From Naegleria gruberi (Eukaryota): 64,000 nucleotides of DNA. This document shows positions 31,626-42,894 of this stretch, one piece after another; within the stretch, counting starts at the first letter, position 1, and each line of letters begins with the position of its first letter. Below the pieces are notes generated by a model. The model had not been told where the DNA came from. It searched no databases and saw nothing but the letters and a program-made list of their open reading frames with translations. The position numbers and the translations under genes are program-made. Where the stretch lies: NCBI GenBank assembly GCA_000004985.1, contig GG738863.1; one strand, written 5' to 3'.

Positions 31626-34418
31626 ATGCAACAACAACCTAGCGAACAAGACTTGACCAACTTTGGTATTTTGATGCAAAATACACTCAATCATGAAAAT
31701 AATGTGAGAGTGAAGGGTATGTAGATTGTTGTAGGAATGTATATATAACGTATTTTTTAACAGCGGAACAAGATTTAAAGTTAATGGAAAAACAACCTGG
31801 TTTTGTGATGTTGCTCCTTACTTTTATTTCTAAACAATTAACTAACAAGTTTATGGGTGCCCAATCGGCTATTATATTGAAGAATTTGGTGAAGAGAGAT
31901 TGGGATGTTGGTTTGATTTTAAAAAACGAAGACAAGGAAATTATAAAATCAGGAGTTGTGGATATTATGATTAGAAGTGATCTTACAATCCAAGAAATTT
32001 TGTCAGAAGTAATTACAATCATTAGTTTACATGATTTTTACAAGAATTGGACAACTTTACTGCCAGTAAGTTTATTATTTTCAACCATTTTCTTAAGAAA
32101 TTTAGTATTTGGTTAATTTATTAAAAACAAACACTGATAAATTTGAATCCACTAGAGGTGTACTTGCCACTTGCCATTCACTTTTTAAGAAATATAGAGA
32201 ACAAGCTAAATCCGACGAAATTGAAGATGAATTAATTTATATTATGAAAGAATTTGCCGAACCAATGTTAGGTTTATTCCAACATTTCATTTCCCTTGTC
32301 CCACAAATTACCGACCCAGCCAGCTTGAAATCAATTTTTACATGCATTAATTTACTTTTGGAAATTTACTATTCTTTGAATTGGATTGATATTCCTGAAT
32401 TTTTCGAAGATCACCTTCCAGAATATAGCAACATCTTCCTCTTCCTTTTGAATTACCAAAATTCTTCCCTCGATAATAATCTCTATGAAGAACCAAGTCT
32501 TCTAGATACAGCTCAATCCCTTGTGTTCCAATCAATTAACTTGTATTTGGAGAAATATGATGAAGCTTTCATTCCTTATGTTGAAAACTTTGCTACAGCA
32601 ACATGGCAATTAATATCAAAGCTGGACATGAAGATCAAGTACGATAATCTTGTATCTAAAGCTCTAGAATTTTTGACCGTCACAAGTAGAAGTGAAAAGC
32701 ACATTATTTTCAAGGATGCACTTCCTGCAATTTGTGAAAATATTATCATTCCAAACATCTCACTTCGTGAAGAAGATGAAATCATCTTCTCAGAAGAACC
32801 AATCGAATATATAAGAAGAGATATTGAAGGATCTGATTCTGACTCTAGAAGAAAATCAGCTAGTGAACTCATCAAAACTCTTAGTATTCACTACGAAANN
32901 NNNNNNNNNNNNNNNNNNNNNNNNNNNNNNNNNNNNNNNNNNNNNNNNATTTGTACATTCAGACAACACTTACCAATTGAATCATTCACCACCATCTTCC
33001 CATTGATTCTTAACTTGTTGAACTCCCCAGAACCTGTTGTTCTTTCTTATGCAGCTTGGTGTATTGAAAGACTTCTTACAGTCAAGGAAGATAATGGAAA
33101 GCCAAGATATTCCCAAGTTGAAATTTTGCCATATGCCCAAACATTATTGCAAGGATTATTCTCTGCTTTGGATAACACTGAAGAAAATGAATATATTATG
33201 AAAGCCATTATGAGAGCTACAGCTGTATTGAAGGAACAAATGAAGCCAATTATGCCTGCATACATTTCCAAGATTACTAGCGTGCTTTCTGAAGTCTGTA
33301 AAAATCCAAACAATCCAATGTTTAACCACTATTTATTCGAGTCATATGCTACTGTAATCAAATTCAACAGTGATTACATTTCAGAGTTTGAAGCATCTCT
33401 TTTCCCACCATTCCAAACCATCCTGAACCAAGGCATTGAAGAATTCACACCTTATGTTTTCCAACTTATTTCTCAACTTTTGACTGTAAGACAAGCTCCA
33501 TTACCTGCTATTTATATTAGTTTGTTCCCTAATTTCTTACAAGCCCATTTGTGGGAAAGTGAAGGAAACATTCCAGGTCTCGTTGCCTTTACCTCCACTT
33601 TGATTACCAAGGCTCCTCAAGAACTTGGAAAGAATAATCAACTCGAACAAGTTTTGGGCATTTTCCAAACATTGGTCAAATCTAACACCAAAGACTACCA
33701 TGGTTTCCGTATTTTGGACAGTATCATCCATGCTCTCCCATACGAAACTGTTGCTAATTTCCTCCAAGGAATTTTCTTCGTCTTGTTTGGAAGACTTCAA
33801 TCTAAGAAGACTGGTCAATTCTTGAGATGTTTGATCCTTTTCTTCTCTAACTTTGCTGTTAGATATGGAGCTGATAAGCTTATCCAAGCCATTAATCAAA
33901 TCCAAGCAAACATTTTCTCTCAACTTGCAAAGGCTGTGTGGCAATCCTCATTAAGAAAGGTTACAGGTAAAATTGAAAAGAAGGTCTGTGCTGTTGCTTT
34001 GATCAAGATTTTATTCAATACAGATCTTATTCAATCATCTGCTGACACATGGAAGATGCTTATTTCAGAGCTTGCTCTCTTCCTCAACCCAACAACAGAT
34101 TCAAAGAATGAATTTGATGAAGATGATGAACAACATGACGATGAAGAAACAGTCCTTCAAACTGAAAAGGGAATTTCTGGAGGTTACAAAGTTACTTTCA
34201 CCAAGCTCAGTTTTGCTGCTATGGGTATTGAAGATCCTGTACGTGAGGTTCAAAATACCAGACTTCATTTCTGTCAATCTCTCACCAATTTCATTTCACC
34301 ATTAGACCCACAACAAGTTCAGTTTGTTAAATCTTTAATTGTTTCTAATCCTGAATCTGCTCAAGCCATTCTCGTTTTGATGCAAAACAATGGGTTCAGC
34401 ACTTCGTTTTTACAATAA
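31626..34418 (+). CDS. CSE1: Exportin-2 (Cse1/CAS) importin-beta-family nuclear transport receptor; at least 3 exons, with the coding sequence interrupted by an N gap.
   Basis: Exon 1 is at about 31626-31715 (MQQQPSEQDLTNFGILMQNTLNHENNVRVK). Exon 2 is 31772-32060 (LKLMEKQPGFVMLLLTFISKQLTNKFMGAQSAIILKNLVKRDW, the importin-beta N-terminal domain). Exon 3 (ORF 32109-34418) contains KYDNLVSKALEFLTVTSRSEKHIIFKD...[47 protein letters not shown]. This is nearly identical in pattern to yeast Cse1 (KYDILVSKSLSFLTAVTR...[46 protein letters not shown]). The N gap at 32899-32948 lies inside exon 3. Confidence 0.8.
32899..32948. other. Assembly gap (50 N) inside the Cse1 coding exon.
   Basis: A run of n characters; the ORF track shows a run of X at this point. 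Confidence 0.99.
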
Positions 34419-34437
34419 ATAATTTAATGAAAAATGT

Positions 34438-35469
34438 CTAATTGTCATCTTCCTTAAATGCTAAACAGAATGCTTGACCAATTTTTTCAATAATATTTGG
34501 AGTAGTAGTTGCTCGGTGATGGTCATGGAAAGCCAATTCAGCAGCTTTCTTAGTAACTAAACAACCACCATAGCATGCTGCTAACATTCTATCATCATGA
34601 CCTATCTCACCTCCAGCTTTTCTATTAGCCCAAAAGCAGAATGTTGCAATGACACCACTCAAAACATCACCTTGACCACCACATCTTCTTGGGGAGGCGT
34701 TAAATATATCACATTCCAAAACCTTATCTCCTTTAGCAATAATATCAGTCATTCCCTTTCTTACAATACAAACATCTCCAAGAGTTTTTGAAACGAAAAT
34801 TATTTCCTCAGTTTCGTTTTTAAATTGAGAAATTGAGACCTTATTTTCATTGTTTGAATTGTGATACTCCACAACTGATTTCAATAAACGAGAAAATTCT
34901 GCAGGATTAGGAGTCAAGACAACATTTGAGTGTCCAACAATCAAGGCAGGATTTTCTCCAATTAAGAATAGGCCATCTCCATCCAACACCAATGGCATAT
35001 TCAATTCCTTACAATATTCAATAAACCATTCTGCTTGTTGTAACATTTCTTTAGATCTTCCAAGACCAGGTCCCAACACCACACTATTAAATCTCTTAAA
35101 CATTGTTTCATAAGTTTTCCTCATAAATTCACTCAATTCCACCTTACTATTAAACATTGATGGTATACTAGCCTCTGATTGACCATAAGAAATAGCAGAT
35201 TTTTCAAATAAATATGGATAGACAACCAATTCAGGTGAATAATTTTTGATCATTAGTGCAGATTTTGAACAAATTACAAAAGACAAATCCGCACCAGTTT
35301 TCAAAGCACTAATTGCTGCATAATATGGAGCACCTGTATACTCCTCACATCCACCAATAACAACAACTCTACCAGCCTCTCCTTTATGAAAATGATGAGT
35401 CAGAGGAGGAATAATAAATTGTCTAAGCTGCGAGAGAACAATTCCCGATGATCGAAGGTATAAAGACAT
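34438..35469 (-). CDS. ATP-dependent (S)-NAD(P)H-hydrate dehydratase (CARKD/Nnr2, YjeF C-terminal domain).
   Basis: The 343-aa product contains ...HHFHKGEAGRVVVIGGCEEYTGAPYYAAISALKTGADLSFVIC..., VLGPGLGRS, VLDGDGLFLI, VLTPNPAEFSRL and a C-terminal GGQGDVLSGVIATF, the G-x-G-D-x-L-x-G signature. Its stop is 19 bp from the Cse1 stop (convergent). Confidence 0.85.
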   Translation of the reverse strand: MSLYLRSSGIVLSQLRQFIIPPLTHHFHKGEAGRVVVIGGCEEYTGAPYYAAISALKTGADLSFVICSKSALMIKNYSPELVVYPYLFEKSAISYGQSEASIPSMFNSKVELSEFMRKTYETMFKRFNSVVLGPGLGRSKEMLQQAEWFIEYCKELNMPLVLDGDGLFLIGENPALIVGHSNVVLTPNPAEFSRLLKSVVEYHNSNNENKVSISQFKNETEEIIFVSKTLGDVCIVRKGMTDIIAKGDKVLECDIFNASPRRCGGQGDVLSGVIATFCFWANRKAGGEIGHDDRMLAACYGGCLVTKKAAELAFHDHHRATTTPNIIEKIGQAFCLAFKEDDN

Positions 35470-35511
35470 TTTTTTGAAAATAAGCCAATTCTATTTTTAA
35501 ACTTAAAAAAA

Positions 35512-36054
35512 ATGACCATTCTTGTGCCTCCAATTAACTTTGGTTATGTGCAGGAGAATGTCTTTCGATCGGGACAACCTACCTCTGTCAATTTCCCTCA
35601 TCTAGCAACACTCAATTTAAAAACAATTATTTATTTAGCACCGGATCAACCTACACAAGAATTTGTAAATTTTGCAAAGGATCAAAATATTAATTTAATA
35701 CACTTGACTAATCAATCTACGAAAATGAAAAAGAGTGGAACTTCTTCATCACATACAGGAATGGCACAATTGGGATTAATTTCGGAGGAAATTGTTGTTG
35801 AAGCTCTTGAAATAATTTTAAATAGAGAAAATTTACCTCTTGCTATTATGTGTAATTTAGGTAGACATAGAACTGGAACTGTAGTTGGATGTCTTAGAAA
35901 AATACAACGATGGAATTTAACTAGTATTTTAGACGAATATAGAAGATATGCTGGCTCTAAAGTCAGATTACAAAACGAACAATTTATTGAATTATTTGAT
36001 ACAGACCTTGTTTCATTTAGGACTGACAACAAACCTGATTGGTTATATGATTAA
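35512..36054 (+). CDS. Siw14/OCA-family atypical dual-specificity (tyrosine) phosphatase (PFA-DSP).
   Basis: The 180-aa product has INFGYVQENVFRSGQP...NLKTIIYL...LAIMCNLGRHRTGTVVGCLRKIQRWNLTSILDEYRRYAG, where CNLGRHR is the Cx5R active-site loop. It is divergent from CARKD, with 42 bp between the two start codons. Confidence 0.7.
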   Translation: MTILVPPINFGYVQENVFRSGQPTSVNFPHLATLNLKTIIYLAPDQPTQEFVNFAKDQNINLIHLTNQSTKMKKSGTSSSHTGMAQLGLISEEIVVEALEIILNRENLPLAIMCNLGRHRTGTVVGCLRKIQRWNLTSILDEYRRYAGSKVRLQNEQFIELFDTDLVSFRTDNKPDWLYD

Positions 36055-36326
36055 TCATCGAACCATTATAAACACATCATGATCCCATCTTCTCCATCTT
36101 TCCAATTGAAAAATCCACATCCCACATTATAAAACTTATCAATATCTTTAAAGAAATACCATTTTATTGAACTGAACTTGTCTCCTATAAACACACTCGA
36201 AAGAACTCTATCACTACAGTTACCACCAATGATTTAACCACCTCAACTTCCATCTCAATTTTTTCCGTTATTTTTCATCAATTTTTCAAATTCTTAATCT
36301 ACAGAAAAAAACAGCACAAATTGAAA

Positions 36327-38345
36327 ATGCCCAAAACTTCATCAGCTGCTTCAAGTGCATCTTATTTGAGCAGCTCGACAAAGCTTCCTCGTCTCGGAAG
36401 TAGAAAAGTTATTGAGGAGGAGGATTGTCCAATTTCATCACCCGAAAGGGTGGAAAGACTTTCATCAGCCAATTCAAAACTTCAATCACCTAAAAGTAAT
36501 TATTCAAGTCCAACTGCAAAATCAGGTGTTTCCATAAGGGAAAGAGCTTTTTCGAGAGCAAGGAGTGGAATGGTACAACCAATATTACTATCTAGTGATG
36601 ATGAAGATGGAAATGGAGGAACATTTTACCTGACTGAGGTTGGGACGATGGCCAAGAAGAAATTAAGGAAAAAGAAAATTGTTGGATGGAATGTTAAGGA
36701 AGTTGAATTAACTGCTGATGGGCCACTTCCTTTTGAATTGAAATTTGATCCTTTAATTGATAATTTAATGAAAAATATAAGAATTTCTGATTCGGATATT
36801 AAAGCAGTGTTTGAGAAGAATTTCAGTCCATACAATCATTTAAATAGGAGTATCATACAGAATTCTTTCTGGTTTGTCTATTCATTGTTTTTCCAGGATA
36901 AACCAGAAGTTTGTGAGAGATTCATCTCTGAACTATCACTTGATAGTGCAAAATTTGCTCTCAATTTAGGAAGGCATCACAGAGATGCCTTTTTTGAAGT
37001 GTATCATTTAGCTGTTGCATATTGTATTTTGAAAGCTTTGAGGAAACATTTTTCTGCTTGTAAAAAGTTGTTTACAACAAATTTCAAGGTTAGAGTTTAC
37101 GAGGTTATATGTGAAGTGTTTTTAGGAATTAGATATAAGAGAGAATTCCTGCACAGTCAACGAACAAAATATTTTCCAAAGAAGAGCGAAGATACCTTCT
37201 TTGAGAAGCTATTGAGGAAACAATCTAAAAAGTCAACAGAAACTTCAAAATCTAAAAAGAAAGAAGTTGATCAGTCAACTGTTTCTAAATCGACAACAGC
37301 ACCTAGACCTGATTCAGCATCAGAGAAGGAATTTTATTCATCTAGTGAAGAGGAAGAAGAAACTCCAGACGAAATGGAAGAAATAGATAATACCTCAAAA
37401 GATCACATTTCTGATCAAATTCAAAAACTTGGTCTTGATGAAAATTATCATGCCCTCCCATCAGAAGTTTTAGAACAAGAGATTGAAGCAATCGAGAATA
37501 GAAAGAAGAAACTTAAATTAGCCAATAAGGAAGCATCTAAAAGTAATGTCGAACAAGGCAAGAAACAAAAGGAATTGAGTCCAAGAATTAGAAATCCTGA
37601 ATACTTTAAATACTTTTCAAATGGTCAGACAGCTCCAATGCAAGACAAGTATTGGTATACATTCCAAATGTCTCCACTGATGTTAAAAGCACTGAGGAAA
37701 CCTCCAGCAGAATTTGCCTTGAATTACACATCACCCGAACTGGGTAAAAACAAAGTAAGACTAATTCACAAAGATGGTTTCTCAAAACCAATCTTCTTTG
37801 GAAGTCTGTCCGATCCAAATAAGCTTGTCAATAATGTGAAAAAATTCCAAAAAGTGTGGAATCCTGATAGTATAGAGGAAGTTGAGAAGGTTCGTCAAAG
37901 GCTCAAGACCAATAAGGAAATGAGGAAAAGAAGTACACAAGAATCTGATAGAGATATTCGGTGGATTAAAGGGAGTACTAGGGAGGAACTGAGGGTGATC
38001 GAACAAGAAAAGAGGGAAGTGCTCCAAAATAAGGACTCTGTATCAAATGTTTGCAACCAAATAATTAAGAAGAATATTGAAGAATCAACCTCACGAGCAG
38101 AGAAACGATATCAAACTGTTCCTTCTTCTAACTTTAAAGGAAGTGCGTTTGCTACAGTACTACATGAAAATTATAATACCATGAACAAAAAACTTCAAAA
38201 ACTTGACAAGCTCCTTTCTACGACTGGTGATAGATGTTTAATAACTAAGGAACAACATTTGAAAGAGGAAGAAGATCTTGGGACTGATCTTGATAAGAAA
38301 GATCCACCAAAAGCTCTTAATGTATCCTTATTTGATTATCTGTAG
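36327..38345 (+). CDS. Hypothetical basic, K/E/S-rich protein (about 672 aa).
   Basis: Long uninterrupted ORF with S-rich and K/E-rich tracts (KKKLRKKKIVGW, SSSEEEEETPDEMEE); possibly nucleolar or chromatin-associated. I recognise no domain. Its stop TAG at 38343-38345 abuts the stop of the convergent gene at 38347. Confidence 0.4.
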   Translation: MPKTSSAASSASYLSSSTKLPRLGSRKVIEEEDCPISSPERVERLSSANSKLQSPKSNYSSPTAKSGVSIRERAFSRARSGMVQPILLSSDDEDGNGGTFYLTEVGTMAKKKLRKKKIVGWNVKEVELTADGPLPFELKFDPLIDNLMKNIRISDSDIKAVFEKNFSPYNHLNRSIIQNSFWFVYSLFFQDKPEVCERFISELSLDSAKFALNLGRHHRDAFFEVYHLAVAYCILKALRKHFSACKKLFTTNFKVRVYEVICEVFLGIRYKREFLHSQRTKYFPKKSEDTFFEKLLRKQSKKSTETSKSKKKEVDQSTVSKSTTAPRPDSASEKEFYSSSEEEEETPDEMEEIDNTSKDHISDQIQKLGLDENYHALPSEVLEQEIEAIENRKKKLKLANKEASKSNVEQGKKQKELSPRIRNPEYFKYFSNGQTAPMQDKYWYTFQMSPLMLKALRKPPAEFALNYTSPELGKNKVRLIHKDGFSKPIFFGSLSDPNKLVNNVKKFQKVWNPDSIEEVEKVRQRLKTNKEMRKRSTQESDRDIRWIKGSTREELRVIEQEKREVLQNKDSVSNVCNQIIKKNIEESTSRAEKRYQTVPSSNFKGSAFATVLHENYNTMNKKLQKLDKLLSTTGDRCLITKEQHLKEEEDLGTDLDKKDPPKALNVSLFDYL

Positions 38346-38346
38346 T

Positions 38347-40792
38347 TTATTCCATTAAATCAATTAATTGTTTGATAAATCTCAAATCACTAGCATTATC
38401 ACGCTTTTCGCTTAAAACTTTCCAATAAAGAGAAAAATCATTCAGATTAGTTTTTTTCCTAAACCTCAAGTAGCTTGTGAAAAGTTGACTTGCCTTTTTT
38501 ACCCTTCCTCCAAAGAAAAGCTTGGTTCTTTCCTGATACTCAGAGGCTTGATCTTCATATGGTAATAAATTATTAGAATAAAAATCATTGACCTCTCTCA
38601 CTAGAGACATGTAAGGATACTTTAAATTCACATATGATTTCAAAAATATTCTATTCAGTTCACTAACAACCTTTTCATCTCCTTTGTCAGTCTCAGAAAA
38701 TTTGGATCTCACAATTAAACAAATTAGAGTGTCATAATTATGTTTTGATTCTATTAGATCGGGTGGTGGATTCGAAATTACCTCCTCATCCAGTAAAGAA
38801 TCAACATAATTGGTATTAGTAATTCTTAAATGTGGAATGGAAGACCTTAAATCGGATTTGATTTGAAAACTCCTATAATTGTTCGTAAAGTTGATACATT
38901 CGAATCCTTCGAAAAACATTGGAGGGAATTGATTAAAATCATTCACTGCCTCCTTGATATCTTCAATTGAATCGAAGAAGAGTTGCTTGACTTGATCTTT
39001 CCAATTGTATTGCTCTCCCAAGTCTCTCCAAACAATTTCCTCTTTCATTGTACTGAGGTTTCTACATCCACAATAAATAATTCTTCCTGATTGAGGTTGG
39101 TATGTGAAAAAGAAAGTAAAATTACTATTTTGTTCTGTTGGTTTCTTCATATCTAATTTTTCCCATAATTTTAAGAACGGCTCAGATATTTCATTTACAA
39201 AATCTCTATCCAAAATCCATTCATTTTGCCATTTCTGACTTTCGTTACCAAAGCTAAATCTCCATTCATTTCTATAATAGTACAAATTAACTCTGGTGCC
39301 AGAAGGGTTCTCTAATATTGCATAGTCTGATAGTTTTAGCTTAGTAGTGAATCCATTGCCATGTCTTTTATCCAAGTTGTGATATTCTTCAGACAAGAAC
39401 CTTGGCACACATAAAGGAGAGTAATGAGTCTCATTCTCGTTAGAAATGGCTTCTATTATAGAACCATTACATTCCAAATACAAGTCCATTTCTCTAAAAC
39501 TTAATGAGTTTTCTGCTTCTTGGAATACAAAGTCAATATCCAATTTGAAAAGATTGCAATCATTTGGATTTGAAACGTTATCTCCCTCAATAAATATAGG
39601 TGTTACACTAATACCAAATACTCTATTTAGTGAAAAAGGTCCAAAGCTTAAAGTGATATTTTCGTAATCTCTCCTTTTAAAAGTAGATTCCTTGGAAAAT
39701 GTTGTGACAAACTTATTCAAAATATCAGAAACTATTAAATTAGACTCCCTCTCCATGGATAAACATTCTTTTCTGCATTCTCTCATAACAGCTTTAATAT
39801 CCTCTTTATATTCAACCATCCATTTATCGTAAAGTGTTTTAACCAACGATTCATACTCTTCCCAGGTTGTATAATTGTCTGTTCCATAAACCACTTCATC
39901 ATAAAGTGCATTTGTTTCCAAATAATCATAAATACACCCTCCAAACGCAATTTGATATCCATATTTACAAAATCTAACAATTAAAGTTAAAAAAAATAAA
40001 TTAAATAATTACATACCTAATTCCATGAGCCAAATTCTTTTTGACTTTTTTCAATGCATCCTTCTTCTCCTTTTCTGTGATGTATTGCCCTTTTTGAAGA
40101 CCTACCCAAAAACGGTGTGCCTTATTGAAACTAAAATTCAATTCATGTAATATTGCATTTCTTGATCTTGGCAATCTCAAAAACCAGCTATTCCAATTTT
40201 CTCTCCATCTTTTCATCTTTTCATCCTCGAATACTACAAATGCATCATTTGGTTGTTGTACTGAAAGTAAAATGACAGGTAAATGAATATGAGCATAGCC
40301 CAGTAAAACAGAAGTGTTCATCATCATAACCTCAAGCTCATAACTGACTAATTGACCATTTGAATCAGAAACTGTTATTTCACTATGTAAATTATATTGA
40401 GTATTTCTTGAATAACCTCCGTCTGATGAGTTTGAGGAACAGAGATCATCAGCAATAAATAATAAATCAAAATCAGAATCATTGACATTAGTATTAAACA
40501 CTCTAGATCCATACAANNNNNNNNNNNNNNNNNNNNNNNNNNNNNNNNNNNNNNNNNNNNNNNNNNNNNNNNNNNNNNNNNNNNNNNNNNNNNNNNAATT
40601 TTCCCTGACATGATTCAATAGCTGATCCGATGAGAAGGGAACCCCTTCCGAGCCTTTCTTATAATTTTTACTTGGCCTACTCGACTCAGGTTCATACTTT
40701 TCATTGTATTTTAAAGCTTTAACCTCCGAGCCATTGTCAGATTTTGTTAAGGAGGCCTCTGATGAGCTTTGAATCATTTTTTTAAAGTTCAT
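38347..40792 (-). CDS. Nucleotidyltransferase-fold protein with a Cid1/TUTase/OAS-like G-S...D-x-D motif and a large uncharacterised C-terminal region; 2 exons with an intron at about 39981-40012, interrupted by an N gap.
   Basis: Exon 1 (ORF 40001-40792, minus) reads MNFKKMIQSSSEAS...[gap]LYGSRVFNTNVNDSDFDLLFIADDL, which is the hG[GS]-x(9-13)-[DE]h[DE]h motif of Pol-beta-superfamily nucleotidyltransferases. It ends ...AHGI at the donor GTATGT. The acceptor TTGTTAG joins it to ORF 38347-39921 (RFCKYGYQIAFGGCIYDYLETNALYDEVVYG... 524 aa). The full protein is about 790 aa. Confidence 0.5.
40515..40596. other. Assembly gap (about 82 N) inside the nucleotidyltransferase exon 1.
   Basis: A run of n characters; X in the ORF track immediately N-terminal to the GS...DxD motif. 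Confidence 0.99.
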
Positions 40793-41272
40793 GTTCAGAA
40801 TATAACTTCTTTTTAATACAATAATAAAACATGATATGAAACTCTCGTGCTATGAACATTGTCATTACTCGAGCCAAACCGTCGGATGCTAGCTTCTCAA
40901 CAATGGCTTGATAATTTTGCATTACTCAAATTGTCAACAACAATGAACGCTCACTGCTGAACCATCTCCCTTCCTTAAGCATAAAAAAATTAGAAAGAAG
41001 GAATCAAAACTGATTTCTTTAGATTTTTGGCGGCGTTTTGATCAAGAGCAAGAATAACGTTATTCTTGTACGAGCCATTTGTTTGGAATTATTGGATAGT
41101 AATATAATTGTTGTTATTATTGGAAAAACGATCATTATTGATCATTGTATTATTATTATTATTAAAATTGGAATTGTATCATCATCGGGAACATTTCAGC
41201 GGAATACTTTGTAAACTTTGGATCATATTGAATTGTATTTTCATCATACAATAATATTAGTAATAATATAGA

Positions 41273-42021
41273 ATGAGAAAGACATTGGTACTTGACCTTG
41301 ACAATACTCTTGTTGCATCATTTTCAACAAGTAAAGCACAATTACTAGGATCTTGTGATTATGTTGTGTCAATACCAAGAGAAAAATATCATGACACAAT
41401 CACAATAGCTGTCTTTAAGAGACCACATTTAGAAGAGTTTTTAGATGTTGCTTGTAGTTTATTTGATGTTTGGATTTTTACAGCTTCCGATAAATCATAT
41501 GCTCAACCTGTTTGTGAAAATTTACTGAACAGTAAGGAAAGATTTAAAGGATGTCTATTTAGAGATTCACTGGTAAAAGGAGGAAAGGACTTGTCGATAT
41601 TTAATGTAAATATGGATCAAATAATGATTATAGACGATGATGAATTTAATTTTCAAAATAATCCAAAAAGTAAGTACAAAAAAACTATTTAAATTAAATT
41701 TTGAAAAGATGGTGTTACCATTAATTCATTTGGATTTGATACTATTACAATACAGAAAGAGTTAAGATTGGATCATGAGCTCAGAGATTTTATCCCTCTT
41801 CTGAAATCTGTTGCAGACTCTCCAACTGTATTTGAACCAATATTACAATATAAGCAATTCCACTCGAGCAATTTCCAAAATTGTGACATTTCCCCATTAA
41901 CATCCTCTTCCTCTAATACACCAGCTGTCACATCTTTCCATGCATTTTCACCTTTCGATGATATGAATGATGAAAAATCCCCAAACTCTGCAACTTCAGC
42001 AAGTTCTGACATTTTAATTTA
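41273..42021 (+). CDS. CTD small phosphatase-like (FCP1/NIF/SCP family, HAD-like) protein; 2 exons with an intron at about 41675-41728.
   Basis: Exon 1 reads MRKTLVLDLDNTLVAS...VFKRPHLEEFLDVACSLFDVWIFTASDKSYAQPVCENL...FRDSLVKGGKDLSIFNVNMDQIMIIDD. It has the DLDNTL (DxDxT) catalytic motif and the FTAS and KDLS motifs. The donor A|GTAAGT and acceptor TTGAAAAG join to ...NGVTINSFGFDTITIQKELRLDHELRDFIPLLKSV, matching the SCP C-terminal region. Confidence 0.65.
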
Positions 42022-42294
42022 AAATCCTTGTAAACTAACAAATAATTCCATAAAGAATTTTTGAATAATAGCAAATCCATTATTGTTTTTATCTAGCTCG
42101 CTAAGTCTTTCGATGTATTAAGAAATTTTCAAAGCATGATAAAAAATTTGAATTTTATTGGACTTGGTGAACATTGAGATCAAAGCACAACTACTAAGTC
42201 TTATTGATTTTCAATTATCCAGTAGTATTATTATTTTAAAAAGAACAAGAAATGAAAAAAAGCAAAATTGTAATTTTTTAATCCAACAAAAAAA

Positions 42295-42606
42295 ATGTTA
42301 GGCAAATCCACTCAAAGTCTTTTCTACAATCTCATCTGGAAGAGAACCTCAACAACCGCTTTGTTCGTCGGTGTTGGTGCTCTCTGTTTTGAACAAGTTG
42401 TTGATAGAGGTATCGATGCTTTCTGGGATAACTACAACAAGGGTGTAAGTTTTTGGATAATCAAAATAATATTTAACTAAAATATCGGATGCGCAAACAT
42501 CATCAATATCATCTTTTTATTATAAATAATTACTAACAGAGACAATTCAAGGACATTGAACCAATCTACAGAGAAAACGGATGGCTCAAGGAAGAAGAAG
42601 AATAAA
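42295..42606 (+). CDS. QCR9: Ubiquinol-cytochrome c reductase complex 7 kDa subunit (QCR9/UQCR10); 2 exons with an intron at 42447-42537.
   Basis: Exon 1 MLGKSTQSLFYNLIWKRTSTTALFVGVGALCFEQVVDRGIDAFWDNYNKG joins to exon 2 RQFKDIEPIYRENGWLKEEEE. The intron runs GTAAGTTTTT...TACTAACAG, with a canonical branch point. The product is collinear with yeast Qcr9 (SLYKTFFKRNAVFVGTIFAGAFVFQTVFDTAITSWYENHNKGKLWKDVKARI). Confidence 0.7.
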
Positions 42607-42894
42607 TTTAATCTTCTCTATTTTTGAACACAACAACAACATCTTCTATTTCATAGGGAAAATTTTAAAACATAATGAAGGAATCTAATCGATTATCTTT
42701 GATAACAATAAAAAAAGCTTTAAATTATAATTTAAATAGTATCCTATTCTAATTAACAATTTCAATAATTGGTAATGTTATTAATCTGGTTCGACATCAA
42801 ACTACATTCCAAAAGTACAATTCATTTTCATCATGTAAGGTTCTTCAATCATATGAAAGTACATTGTTGGATTGAAAAGGGATGACTTTGATCT

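Noticed and set aside
31283-32022. Minus-strand ORFs 31283-31567 and 31687-32022.
   Set aside because: The first runs through a poly-S tract opposite the poly-E tail of the DUF4116 gene and its 3' flank. The second is antisense to Cse1 exon 2. Neither has a family signature.
40861-40980. GC-richer segment upstream of the nucleotidyltransferase gene (GAGCCAAACCGTCGGATGCTAGCTTCTC...).
   Set aside because: It lies in the expected 5' UTR and promoter of the minus-strand gene, contains only an 18-codon ORF, and shows no structural signal I can verify.
42447-42537. Yeast-type intron (GTAAGT...TACTAAC...AG) in QCR9, taken at first as evidence for a Saccharomycotina origin.
   Set aside because: Other introns in the window lack TACTAAC (for example the ArfGAP intron), and the gene repertoire includes families absent from fungi. 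The branch-point match is a single instance.
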